A stretch of 64,000 nt of DNA from an uncultured virus (IMG/VR IMGVR_UViG_3300000301_000004). Lineage: Duplodnaviria; Heunggongvirae; Uroviricota; Caudoviricetes. Positions 1-8,575 of the stretch are shown piece by piece; position 1 is the stretch's first letter; every line of letters starts with the position of its first letter. The DNA lies in IMG/VR virus record IMGVR_UViG_3300000301_000004; one strand, given 5' to 3'. The position numbers and the translations under genes were made by a program. The notes below the pieces were generated by a model. It was not told where the DNA came from and searched no databases. It worked only from the letters and a program-made list of their open reading frames with translations.

Positions 1-29
1 ATCGCTCTGCGCGCGGCGCGTCGGAGCCG
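1..29 (+). repeat. DGR variable repeat (3' part) with IMH
   Basis: atcgctctgcgcgcggcgcgtcggagccg vs TR ataactctgcacgcagcacgtcggatacg: 5 A-to-N differences in the first 25 nt, then IMH/IMH*-like divergence. Confidence 0.88.
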
Positions 30-53
30 AAAACGGTTAAAGGATTAAACTAA
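1..53 (+). CDS. 3' end of DGR target gene (variable region, likely C-type-lectin-fold receptor-binding protein), truncated by window edge
   Basis: Frame from position 3 reads RSARGASEPKTVKGLN*; nt 1-25 match TR 267-291 with mismatches only at TR adenines. Confidence 0.85.
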   Translation, partial: RSARGASEPKTVKGLN

Positions 54-92
54 ATAACGATTGAACGAAATATTGGTAAATCGGAGAAAACG

Positions 93-116
93 TGGCTAGT
101 ACATTTGTACTAGCCA
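93..116. promoter_or_regulatory. Perfect hairpin downstream of VR (DGR target-recognition hairpin and/or terminator)
   Basis: tggctagtac-attt-gtactagcca, 10-bp perfect stem. Confidence 0.65.
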
Positions 117-169
117 ATACCGAATTTTTAGTGTATAATATAAATAGGTAGATATGCTATTAGTCTTTG

Positions 170-295
170 GCTTCGTACTTGCTATTGGGCGCTAACTGGA
201 ATAACAGCGGTTATTCAGGTTCACGTTCTGCTAATTGCAATAATTCGTCGGCTAATGTGAATGTCAATAACTCTGCACGCAGCACGTCGGATACG
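170..295 (+). ncRNA. DGR template repeat (TR)
   Basis: AAC/AAT-rich pseudo-ORF (LLGANWNNSGYSGSRSANCNNSSANVNVNNSAR) just upstream of RT; 3' end matches VR; 5' boundary approximate. Confidence 0.85.
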
Positions 296-424
296 TGGGG
301 AAAAATAAGAGGCGCGTCTTACCCCATGGCTGAGCATATTTACCTTGCAGTTTTGCAAAATACAAGAAGGGGGAAAGCAGTGGTTAGTAGTCAAAAACGA
401 AAATCACTGTTTTCAATTTTTTAA

Positions 425-1447
425 ATGAAAAGACATAGAGATCTGTGGAATAAAATCATTGATAAGGATAATTTATTATTAGCTTTTAAAAAAGCAAAAC
501 GCCATAAAAGTTGGCAACAAAAGGTTATCAAAGTTGAACAAAATCTAGAGGAAATGATTGAAAAATTAAGAGAATCTTTAATAAATGGTACATATAAAAC
601 ATCTGGATATCAACAGAAGAAAATTTATGAACCAAAAGAAAGAACTATTTATATTTTACCTTTTTACCCGGACAGAATAGTTCATCATGCAATAATGAAT
701 ATTTTAGAGCCAATATGGGATAAATTATTTATTTCACATAGCTATGCTTGTAGAAAAAATAAAGGTCAACATAAAGGCAGTATTAAATGTATGGAGTATG
801 TTCGCAAAAATAGATTTTGTCTAAAATGTGACATAAGTAAATTTTATCCTTCTATTAATCATGAAATTCTAAAAAGAATTATAAGAAAGAAAATCAAATG
901 CAAAAGAACCATAAAATTATTAGATGAAATAATTGATAGTATAGATAGTCCAACAAATGTTCCGATAGGAAATTATCTTAGCCAATGGTTTGGGAATTTA
1001 TATTTAAATGAATTGGATATGTTTTTAAAACATGATTGTAAGATAAAGTATTATTTAAGATATTGTGATGATTTTCTTTTATTTTCTAATGATAAACAAT
1101 TCTTAAAAGATATGTCTGTTAAAATAGAAGAATTTGTAACAACTAAATTAAAACTAAAATTAAGCAAATGTAATATACTATCTACGTCGCAGGGTGTGGA
1201 TTTTTTAGGTTATAGGCATTTTTCAGCTGGCTATATTTTAGTTCGAAAGTCTACTGCAAAAAGAATGAAGAAAAATATTAAGGCTTTAAAATATAAATTA
1301 GCTGTAAAGAAAATATCTAAAGAATCTGCTTTATCTACAGTGGCAAGTGTTGAGGGTTGGTTAAAATGGGCTAATGCTTATAATCTTAAAAAGTCTTTAC
1401 AATTAGAAGACTTAAAGAAGTCCATAGGAGGTTCTGTTGGTGAATAG
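425..1447 (+). CDS. DGR reverse transcriptase
   Basis: Motifs YPDRIVHHA, KCDISKFYPSI, PIGNYLSQWFGN (DGR-type SQ), RYCDD, GVDFLGY; 340 aa with no maturase or endonuclease extension. Confidence 0.95.
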   Translation: MKRHRDLWNKIIDKDNLLLAFKKAKRHKSWQQKVIKVEQNLEEMIEKLRESLINGTYKTSGYQQKKIYEPKERTIYILPFYPDRIVHHAIMNILEPIWDKLFISHSYACRKNKGQHKGSIKCMEYVRKNRFCLKCDISKFYPSINHEILKRIIRKKIKCKRTIKLLDEIIDSIDSPTNVPIGNYLSQWFGNLYLNELDMFLKHDCKIKYYLRYCDDFLLFSNDKQFLKDMSVKIEEFVTTKLKLKLSKCNILSTSQGVDFLGYRHFSAGYILVRKSTAKRMKKNIKALKYKLAVKKISKESALSTVASVEGWLKWANAYNLKKSLQLEDLKKSIGGSVGE

Positions 1448-1721
1448 ATTTAGTGACTTTTCTACCGAACAATTAATAGGTGAAAAGATTAGTATTGATA
1501 AAATTCTTAATAAAGAAATTAAAGTATTGGCTTTTAGATTAAAAAATAGTAAAATTGAAAAAGGTAGTACCTATGCACAAATTCAAATTGAATTGCATGG
1601 AGAATTAAGAGTAATATTCACAAATTCAACAGTATTAAAAGAGCAACTACAAAGATATAAAGAACATTTACCCTTTTGCACTACTATCATTAAAAATAAC
1701 AAATATTTTTCATTCAGTTAA
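1437..1721 (+). CDS. Small protein overlapping RT stop; candidate DGR accessory protein
   Basis: 94 aa, overlaps RT end; beta-rich pattern, not obviously Avd. Confidence 0.6.
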   Translation: MVNRFSDFSTEQLIGEKISIDKILNKEIKVLAFRLKNSKIEKGSTYAQIQIELHGELRVIFTNSTVLKEQLQRYKEHLPFCTTIIKNNKYFSFS

Positions 1722-1732
1722 GGAGGATAATT

Positions 1733-2035
1733 ATGGTAGGATACCCAAAATCTTTAAAAACTAAAGAAGATTATGAATATGTTAGAAATAATTTCCCAAA
1801 AGAGATGTGGAAAAAAGATTTTCAGGCTTTATTAGATAGCTCTTATGATTGGTTTTTTGTTGAAAAACTTTTAAAAATTGAAGAAATTGTTTTAGCTAAA
1901 AATCAGAGAATAGAATATGACGAGGAAAGAGATGAAAGATATCTTTACGAGTATAGGTTTAATCCGGATTGTAAATTAATGCAATTAGGCTATACGGTGC
2001 AAGAAGTACAACTTATTTTATGGGAGGCAGAATAA
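1733..2035 (+). CDS. Hypothetical phage protein (tail-fibre region)
   Basis: AGGAGG RBS, 100 aa, stop overlaps next start. Confidence 0.7.
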   Translation: MVGYPKSLKTKEDYEYVRNNFPKEMWKKDFQALLDSSYDWFFVEKLLKIEEIVLAKNQRIEYDEERDERYLYEYRFNPDCKLMQLGYTVQEVQLILWEAE

Positions 2036-3630
2036 TGTCAACTATACAAATTTATGATGGAGAAAAATTTGTACCATTTAATATTTCCAATGCTATTGAA
2101 ATGCCTGTAGGTTTTGAAGATTATGTATCTTATACAGAACTTGATCCTGGACAATTAATTAGAAATGGTCAATTAGTTAGTAGAGAAATTTATTCAGATT
2201 TATGGAGTTTTGTTCAATCAAAACCTTCTATGCTTTTAACAGAAGAAGAATGGCAAGCAAATTTAACAGCTAATGAAGGATTAGCCTGTAATTATTATTC
2301 GGCTGGTGATGGTAGTACAAATTTTAGATTACCTAAAGCCAGTGTAATAGTTCTTCCAGATCTTAATCCGGAAAATATTAATAAATATTCAACAGATACA
2401 CAAAGAAATATTACAGGTTCTATTGGAGAAATATTTGCGCCAGACCCGCCATTCACCACTGGTGCTTTTTCTGAAGAAGTATCTAGACATATTCATGTTA
2501 TTAACGATGAAGCGGCTAATCATATTTGGAAAATAAATTTTGACGCTTCTCGTAGTGTAGGTGCGGATCATACTGGCGAAGAAGTAAAACCTAAATCAAT
2601 AACTAAATTGCCTATAGTATATGCCTTTGGAAGAATTGTAAATGCTGGAGAATTAGATTTTCAAACAGTTGTACAAAAACAAAATGATTTAACTCTAAAT
2701 CATCAAATTAAATCATTTACAGATTTAACTCAAATTGGCTTAACTAATGGAATTGAGCAATTCCAGGATATTGGTAAAAACTTGCCTGAAAATTCTCAAA
2801 TAACTTATCGAGTTTGGGAGAAAGATAATCATAATCACGTCCTTTATCCTAGTATAAGTGGAATATTCACAATGGAAAAAGCAATAACATTTTGCAGATG
2901 TTTTTATAATAGTATAACACCTAATAAACAATGGCAAATGGCTTTTGATTATCGTGATGAATTTTACATTGAACCAACTTGGGAATTATTAGCAAAAAAT
3001 AATAAATTGAGTATGCCTTCTAATAACAAGATAATTATTAATTTAAAAAATCAGGGAGATTCCTGGACAGCTCCCTGTGATGGTTATATATGGGGAATGA
3101 AAATTGGGGGTAGTGATGTTGTAAACAGTTGGTTAAATGTTTGGGACTCTACTGATGCAGATACAAGTAATTATGGCACTTTGATTTATTGTGATTATGG
3201 TCAACCATATATTAATTTATGCGGTAATTTAGCTGTACGAAAAGGGCAAACTGTTTATTTTAACTGGAATAATAATTGTAGAGTATATTTTTATCCAGCT
3301 TTAAATAATAATATGCCTGTTTATGGTGAGGATGTAAGAATTTACATCAAAGCTATTAATATAAATGGTTATCCAGTTAAGGGAGCTAATGTTGAGATAA
3401 CAATATCTTCTGGCCATACAGAAAATGGAAAAACTAATAATGATGGTAGATATTTACTATCCTTTGCTGGTTATCGGGAGATAAAAAATGCAAATATAAG
3501 TTCAGGCGATATGCCTAAAGTGATGGATGTTAAAGTATCAAGCAACGAAGGAAGTGACGTACTCACACTTTATAATTTAGAAGAATTACAAGAAAATAAA
3601 ATTTATGATTTAGAAATACACATTGTATAA
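2035..3630 (+). CDS. Tail fibre protein with collar domain
   Basis: Collar motif NGQLVSREIYSDLW...GDGSTNFRLP, then DTQRNITG...FDASR...EVKPK needle segment and WTAPCDGY domain; paralogous to 62720-63631. Confidence 0.8.
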   Translation: MSTIQIYDGEKFVPFNISNAIEMPVGFEDYVSYTELDPGQLIRNGQLVSREIYSDLWSFVQSKPSMLLTEEEWQANLTANEGLACNYYSAGDGSTNFRLPKASVIVLPDLNPENINKYSTDTQRNITGSIGEIFAPDPPFTTGAFSEEVSRHIHVINDEAANHIWKINFDASRSVGADHTGEEVKPKSITKLPIVYAFGRIVNAGELDFQTVVQKQNDLTLNHQIKSFTDLTQIGLTNGIEQFQDIGKNLPENSQITYRVWEKDNHNHVLYPSISGIFTMEKAITFCRCFYNSITPNKQWQMAFDYRDEFYIEPTWELLAKNNKLSMPSNNKIIINLKNQGDSWTAPCDGYIWGMKIGGSDVVNSWLNVWDSTDADTSNYGTLIYCDYGQPYINLCGNLAVRKGQTVYFNWNNNCRVYFYPALNNNMPVYGEDVRIYIKAININGYPVKGANVEITISSGHTENGKTNNDGRYLLSFAGYREIKNANISSGDMPKVMDVKVSSNEGSDVLTLYNLEELQENKIYDLEIHIV

Positions 3631-3642
3631 TTATAATAAAGC

Positions 3643-3671
3643 TTGACAAAATAAAAGAAATATACTATAAT
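3643..3671 (+). promoter_or_regulatory. Sigma70/SigA-type promoter of lysis cassette
   Basis: TTGACA-17-TATAAT. Confidence 0.75.
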
Positions 3672-3684
3672 TAAGGAGTATAAG

Positions 3685-4014
3685 ATGAAAGATAAAATAC
3701 TTAACTGGTTTAAAAAATTGGTTGAAAATACACCACAATTAATAGGTAACAAATACATTAAGTATATAGCTTTCTACCTTATATTGGTGTATCTCGGCTT
3801 TACTGTAATGTTTGTTTACGGATGGATACATAACCTAAATGTAACAAATGAAGCAGACTTGCCGATAATTATTTCATTTTTGACTTTCTTTGTAAGTGGG
3901 TCAACTGTTTATGCCATTACATTTTTAGCTAAATTATTTATTGATAAAAATAATAATGGCATATCAGATATTCTTGAAGGAAAGGAGGAAAAAGACAATG
4001 GTAACTATAAATGA
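3685..4014 (+). CDS. Putative holin
   Basis: Two hydrophobic segments, charged C-terminus, directly upstream of amidase. Confidence 0.65.
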   Translation: MKDKILNWFKKLVENTPQLIGNKYIKYIAFYLILVYLGFTVMFVYGWIHNLNVTNEADLPIIISFLTFFVSGSTVYAITFLAKLFIDKNNNGISDILEGKEEKDNGNYK

Positions 4015-4540
4015 GATCATTGCACTTGCCGAAAGGGCTAAAAATAGTGGTATTAATCGAATCTATTGTCATCATACAGGTGGATTATACAAAATGAATA
4101 GTGTTGAAAAAGAACATTATCATATTTGTATTGAAAGTGATGGAACTGTTCGTATTAATGGTGAACTTACAGACTACAAAGAGCATACATGGCATCGAAA
4201 CAGTAACGCTATTGGAATCGCTTTATGTTGTGCTTATGGGGCGACTGTTTATAAAAATCCTGAAAGAATTAATTGGAATGGTTATCCACCAACACCAATT
4301 CAAGTCGAACGGTTAGCTGAGGTAATTTGTTTTATAGCAACCGTTCTAGAAATTCCAATAGATTCGGAGCATGTTATGACTCATGCAGAAATCGCTGATA
4401 TTGATGGTTATGGTCTTTATGGTGATGATCCTGATTTAAGATGGGATTTACTTCTTTTGGATGATCCTGGCACAGGTAGAAAAGATCAGCCCGGCGGCGA
4501 TGTAATTCGTGGATTGGCAATCTGGAAACAAAATAATTAA
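3998..4540 (+). CDS. Endolysin, N-acetylmuramoyl-L-alanine amidase (Amidase_2)
   Basis: IYCHHTGG, YHICI, HTWHRNSNAIGIALC, VMTHAE motifs; AGGAGG RBS before ATG 3998. Confidence 0.85.
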   Translation: MVTINEIIALAERAKNSGINRIYCHHTGGLYKMNSVEKEHYHICIESDGTVRINGELTDYKEHTWHRNSNAIGIALCCAYGATVYKNPERINWNGYPPTPIQVERLAEVICFIATVLEIPIDSEHVMTHAEIADIDGYGLYGDDPDLRWDLLLLDDPGTGRKDQPGGDVIRGLAIWKQNN

Positions 4541-4553
4541 GGAGGAATCTAAA

Positions 4554-4673
4554 ATGGAAGAAATTAAAGAATTTTTTGATAAAATAAAAGCTACTTTTAA
4601 TCGTTATCCAAAACTGATTTCCTTTGGACTTGGATTTGCAATCGGAGCTTACTTTACTTGGAAGCAATGGTAA
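4554..4673 (+). CDS. 39-aa single-TM peptide (not in ORF track)
   Basis: GGAGG RBS; MEEIKEFFDKIKATFNRYPKLISFGLGFAIGAYFTWKQW*. Confidence 0.65.
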   Translation: MEEIKEFFDKIKATFNRYPKLISFGLGFAIGAYFTWKQW

Positions 4674-5023
4674 ATGAAAAGAAAAATATTTTTCATGCTT
4701 TTGTTGTTTGGTTTATCATTGGGTTTACATCAGCAAGCTTATGCACAGGATTATTATTTAGTTCCAGCGAAGAAATTCGAAATGCAGGAACAACAAATAG
4801 CACAAGCGATATCCCTAAACGAACAATCGATAAACAAAATTCTGACGTTGAAAAAACAACGGACGGAATTAAACAACAACTTACAGAAAGCCAATCAGTC
4901 AGTAATAACATTGGAAAAACAGCAAACGATGTTGAAGACATCTTACGACAACAAAATCAAATACTTAGAGAGTTGCAATCAGACTTTAGAACAGGAGTCC
5001 AAAGAATACAAAAAGAAGATTAA
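4658..5023 (+). CDS. Inner-spanin-like protein (N-terminal TM + coiled coil), overlapping next ORF
   Basis: Hydrophobic N-terminus then polar helical region; follows endolysin; start uncertain. Confidence 0.45.
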   Translation: MEAMVNEKKNIFHAFVVWFIIGFTSASLCTGLLFSSSEEIRNAGTTNSTSDIPKRTIDKQNSDVEKTTDGIKQQLTESQSVSNNIGKTANDVEDILRQQNQILRELQSDFRTGVQRIQKED

Positions 5024-5093
5024 ACAATTAAAAGCTGAAAAAACTTTATTGTATATTGGACTTGGTACTGTTTTATTAATTGCGATATCCTAG
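4674..5093 (+). CDS. Spanin-like protein (signal peptide, coiled coil, C-terminal hydrophobic anchor)
   Basis: MKRK-hydrophobic-AYA signal, heptad-rich middle, terminal TM. Confidence 0.6.
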   Translation: MKRKIFFMLLLFGLSLGLHQQAYAQDYYLVPAKKFEMQEQQIAQAISLNEQSINKILTLKKQRTELNNNLQKANQSVITLEKQQTMLKTSYDNKIKYLESCNQTLEQESKEYKKKIKQLKAEKTLLYIGLGTVLLIAIS

Positions 5094-5102
5094 GAGGATG
5101 TA

Positions 5103-5447
5103 ATGGAAAATCCAAATGATAAAGATTTGCAGCACCTAGATAAGTATCTAGAGAGGTTAATGCAAAGACAAGATGAAATAGATAAAAAAGCAAAAGACGC
5201 TCAAATTTATCGGGACTATAATGTAAAATTATTAGGACTTTTAAAAATTTTAGTCATTGGTTTTCTCTGTTGCATCTTTTTTTGTGCCTGTGCATTGGGT
5301 ATTTCGTCGGTGCTTATTGCTAAAGAATATTTTACTTATGAACAAGGTATTGTAAGAACTGTTACGGAAGAATCTGATACTATTTCCGGTGCTGGAAACA
5401 GTGTTATTATGAACAGAAGTAACGGAGCAACAATAAATGGAAAATGA
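5103..5447 (+). CDS. Hypothetical membrane protein
   Basis: RBS, central hydrophobic segment. Confidence 0.65.
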   Translation: MENPNDKDLQHLDKYLERLMQRQDEIDKKAKDAQIYRDYNVKLLGLLKILVIGFLCCIFFCACALGISSVLIAKEYFTYEQGIVRTVTEESDTISGAGNSVIMNRSNGATINGK

Positions 5448-5817
5448 AAAGGTAATTGCAGAACTATTACAAAGGATTAAAACTTTAGAAAGCCGTTGTG
5501 ATAGATACGAAAAACGGTCAGAATTATTTGAAGAACAATTCCGTCAAACCTGTAAAGATGTGCAAGAGATAAACTTTAATGTCGTTACTATTTTAAAATT
5601 ATTTGATAAATTAGAATCTAGATTAAATAAAGATCAAGAAATTCTCCATGGACGTATAGGTTCTTTAAAGCGAGATTTTGAAGAATATCAAATGAAAGAT
5701 TTAAAGGACTACTATAATTATAAGAGAGTAATTGTCAATACAATACTAACTTTAATTATAGGTGGTCTAGTTGGAGGAATTATAACAGCTTGGCGGGTAT
5801 TTGGAGCTAATGACTGA
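5437..5817 (+). CDS. Coiled-coil protein with C-terminal TM (XhlA/holin-like)
   Basis: Heptads then TILTLIIGGLVGGIITAW. Confidence 0.55.
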   Translation: MENEKVIAELLQRIKTLESRCDRYEKRSELFEEQFRQTCKDVQEINFNVVTILKLFDKLESRLNKDQEILHGRIGSLKRDFEEYQMKDLKDYYNYKRVIVNTILTLIIGGLVGGIITAWRVFGAND

Positions 5818-6100
5818 ATCAGATTTCAATAAAAGACTTAAAACATTATCTTTAATTGCACTAAAGGTGATTATAAAAGGGACTGGCTTGAAAACAAAAA
5901 GTGAATTACTTTTATGGAAGTTTTATATTGAGGGTAAATCATATTATGAGATAGCCGATGACTTAGGAATTGAAAGTTCTTCAGTAGGCAAAGCCTTATG
6001 GAATGCCAAAAAGGAATTACAAACCATTATTAGTAATGAAAAGGAATTAATTCCGGACGAAGTAAAACCATATATTGAGCTCCTATTGCAAAAACAATAG
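5810..6100 (+). CDS. Sigma70 region 4-like HTH protein
   Basis: YIEGKSYYEIADDLGIESSSVGKALWNAKKEL. Confidence 0.75.
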   Translation: MTESDFNKRLKTLSLIALKVIIKGTGLKTKSELLLWKFYIEGKSYYEIADDLGIESSSVGKALWNAKKELQTIISNEKELIPDEVKPYIELLLQKQ

Positions 6101-6251
6101 CAAGGGAATAAACAGACAAACCGTCTACACAATTTAGGATATGTGTGGGCGGTTTATTTTTGTTACAATAATTACAGGTAATAAACCATGCGCCACTACA
6201 AAAAAGTTTAATATCAACCAAATATGGTGGCGGCGGTAGGAGGACAAATGT

Positions 6252-6770
6252 ATGTATCCCGATAATTATATGAATCCTATGAATAATCCAATGACAAATC
6301 CTAATTATGGTTATAATCGTATGCAACAAGTTCAGCAAATGCAGAGAGCCATAAATCCTCAAGTTCCAAATATGTTCGGACAAGTAGAACAGCCACAACA
6401 AATGCAATCATTTATATCAGCAGTTCCTGTTACCTGTTTAGAAGAAGCTAAAGCTGCTAGAATTGCTTTAGATGGATCTATGAGTGTATTTGTGAATATT
6501 CAAGATGGTGAAATTTATACAAAACAGTTGAGTATGAATGGTTTAGCCGAATTAAAAACTTATAAGTTAGTAAATCCACAAGAAAATAAGATTGAATATG
6601 TAACATCTAATGATTTTAATGGTTTAAATCAGCGGGTACAGAATATAGAAAATTTCTTAAATCAGTTAGGAGGTCAGCAAAATGAATCTAATGCAAATGA
6701 TGCAAGCATTCAACCAACTCCGGCAAATGCAAAATCCTCAAACGGCAATGCAGCACATGTTCGGAAATGA
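6252..6770 (+). CDS. Hypothetical protein, N/Q/M/P-rich low-complexity N-terminus
   Basis: GGAGG RBS; ORF track. Confidence 0.8.
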   Translation: MYPDNYMNPMNNPMTNPNYGYNRMQQVQQMQRAINPQVPNMFGQVEQPQQMQSFISAVPVTCLEEAKAARIALDGSMSVFVNIQDGEIYTKQLSMNGLAELKTYKLVNPQENKIEYVTSNDFNGLNQRVQNIENFLNQLGGQQNESNANDASIQPTPANAKSSNGNAAHVRK

Positions 6771-6915
6771 CCCTAAATTTCAACAGGCCATGAAAATGGC
6801 ACAAGGCAAAACTCCGGATCAATTAAAAGAAACGGCTCTTAATTTAGCTAAAACTCAAGGTATTGATCCTAAACAAATTATGGGAGTTTTAAGTAATTTT
6901 GGAATTAAAATCTAA
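6682..6915 (+). CDS. Small Q/M-rich helical hypothetical protein
   Basis: GGAGG RBS inside upstream ORF. Confidence 0.75.
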   Translation: MNLMQMMQAFNQLRQMQNPQTAMQHMFGNDPKFQQAMKMAQGKTPDQLKETALNLAKTQGIDPKQIMGVLSNFGIKI

Positions 6916-6968
6916 AAAGGTGCGCACCTAAAGATTTTGATTTAATAAATTAAAGGAAGTGTTTTATC

Positions 6969-7634
6969 ATGGCATTCGAAGGTGCTCAAATGGTTCCTGT
7001 TTATGACATGAACAAATCTGACGGCGATGGCTTCATGGGTGGTGGAGCTGGCTGGATGTGGGTAGTAATGTTATTTTTCTTACTCGCATGGGGCGGTGGC
7101 TTCGGCGGTTTTGGTGGTAACGGCGCTAATGGTGCAGTAAATACCTTGACTAATGAATTTTTGTACACTAACTTGAACAACACTATCGACCGTGGTTTTA
7201 ACCAACTCGCTAATCAGAATTTCGGTATCCAAAAAGATATCTGTGAATCTACTGGCGCTTTACAAATGGGTCTGTGTCAAGGATTCAATCAGACTAATGC
7301 TGCAATCGCAGAAAGTCGCTTTGCCGCACAGCAATGCTGCTGCGAAACTAATCGCAATATTGATGCTGTTCGTGCAGAAAACTACAAGAACACTTGTGAA
7401 ATCACTACTGCAATTCATGCAGAAGCTGAAGCAACTCGTGCTCTGATGACTGCAAATGTAATGCAAGAGCTTCGTGACCAGCTGCAAGCTGCTCAGTTGC
7501 AACTCGGCAACTTGTCCCAAACTCAAAACATTATTAACGCAGTTCGTCCATTCCCGCAGCCCGCATACATTACTTGCAGCCCCTATACTTCCGCTAATGG
7601 ATTCGGTTGCAACAATGGCTGTGGCTGCATCTAA
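6969..7634 (+). CDS. Gly-rich hydrophobic N-terminus + coiled coil with CCC motif, Cys-rich tail; function unknown
   Basis: GGGAGWMWVVMLFFLLAWGGGFGGFGG, QQCCCE, terminal GCNNGCGC; codon usage looks like a highly expressed gene. Confidence 0.8.
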   Translation: MAFEGAQMVPVYDMNKSDGDGFMGGGAGWMWVVMLFFLLAWGGGFGGFGGNGANGAVNTLTNEFLYTNLNNTIDRGFNQLANQNFGIQKDICESTGALQMGLCQGFNQTNAAIAESRFAAQQCCCETNRNIDAVRAENYKNTCEITTAIHAEAEATRALMTANVMQELRDQLQAAQLQLGNLSQTQNIINAVRPFPQPAYITCSPYTSANGFGCNNGCGCI

Positions 7635-7641
7635 TTAGGAA

Positions 7642-8019
7642 GTGATTATTGTGGCCTGTAACCGCTGTGATAGATTTATTAAAAGTTCCAGCATCACAAC
7701 TACTTCAACTAATCTAGTTATCACTCTTAGCACTACACCTACACTCACCAATTTAAAAAGATTTTGTCTTGTGCTTGCACAGAGTCTTCCTTCAGGGGCG
7801 AATACGCTTCCAGTGCAGATTCAAATCGGAACTACTGTTTATCCGGTTTATACCCGCACAGGTAATCTGTTAAGAGCAGATCAAATTCGTTGCCGTAGAG
7901 TTTATCCAATTATCTTTGGTAGTGACCCGAATCATTTCTCTATGTTGTGTTGTGTGCCTAATACTGTTTATACTCCAACAGCACCTACTGTACCTACGGT
8001 AGAAGTATTGGAAGATTAA
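7642..8019 (+). CDS. Cys/Thr-rich predicted beta-strand protein
   Basis: ORF track; follows 6969 gene. Confidence 0.7.
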   Translation: MIIVACNRCDRFIKSSSITTTSTNLVITLSTTPTLTNLKRFCLVLAQSLPSGANTLPVQIQIGTTVYPVYTRTGNLLRADQIRCRRVYPIIFGSDPNHFSMLCCVPNTVYTPTAPTVPTVEVLED

Positions 8020-8020
8020 T

Positions 8021-8485
8021 ATGTTAGAAACATTATTAAAACATCTTAAAGAGCAAAAAGATTTAGGTCTTACTAATGATATTTTAATGGAAACTTTTAA
8101 AAGTGCTATTAAACCATTAAAATATTCGGATAAAGAAGTTTATGACGAAGTCGTTGACAAATTGTATAAAGAGTGTTATGGTGAGCATTTTAGTGATTGG
8201 TTAGCTGAAAAAGCTGTTGAAAATTTCAAGAACGTAGATGGTACGGAAGGAGCTCACTGGTCTGTTGAACAGATTGATGATGTAATCCGTCAGTATGGTA
8301 TTAAATGTATCGGATTTAACCGTTGGGATTTATATTTTGTAATGAATATGCTTTATAGCGATTATTACAACGTATTAGGTTCTGATACAGCGACCTACGT
8401 TAAAATGAGCAAGGCTTGGTTTGAAGATCCCGATGTTAGCGAAGGCAAAGCTTATCGCTACTATATGCAAGTCGCCAAAGCTTAA
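8021..8485 (+). CDS. Helical hypothetical protein
   Basis: HWSVEQ...FNRWDLYFVMNMLYSDY motif; last gene before terminator. Confidence 0.75.
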   Translation: MLETLLKHLKEQKDLGLTNDILMETFKSAIKPLKYSDKEVYDEVVDKLYKECYGEHFSDWLAEKAVENFKNVDGTEGAHWSVEQIDDVIRQYGIKCIGFNRWDLYFVMNMLYSDYYNVLGSDTATYVKMSKAWFEDPDVSEGKAYRYYMQVAKA

Positions 8486-8489
8486 TTTA

Positions 8490-8521
8490 AAGAGTACATT
8501 CTTCGGAATGTACTCTTTTTT
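8490..8521 (+). terminator. Intrinsic terminator
   Basis: aagagtacattc-ttcg-gaatgtactctt + T run. Confidence 0.9.
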
Positions 8522-8522
8522 A

Positions 8523-8551
8523 TTGACATTTTAAAATCATTGCGGTATAAT
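8523..8551 (+). promoter_or_regulatory. SigA-type promoter
   Basis: TTGACA-17-TATAAT. Confidence 0.8.
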
Positions 8552-8575
8552 TAGTATATAAGGAGGCCAATAATT

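Noticed and set aside
167..424. 85-aa ORF upstream of RT
   Set aside because: It is the DGR template repeat plus spacer read in the VR frame; weak TTG start and no clear RBS
425..1447. RT as group II intron, retron or Abi RT
   Set aside because: Short, carries the SQ motif, lacks a maturase/endonuclease domain, and a TR/VR pair is adjacent
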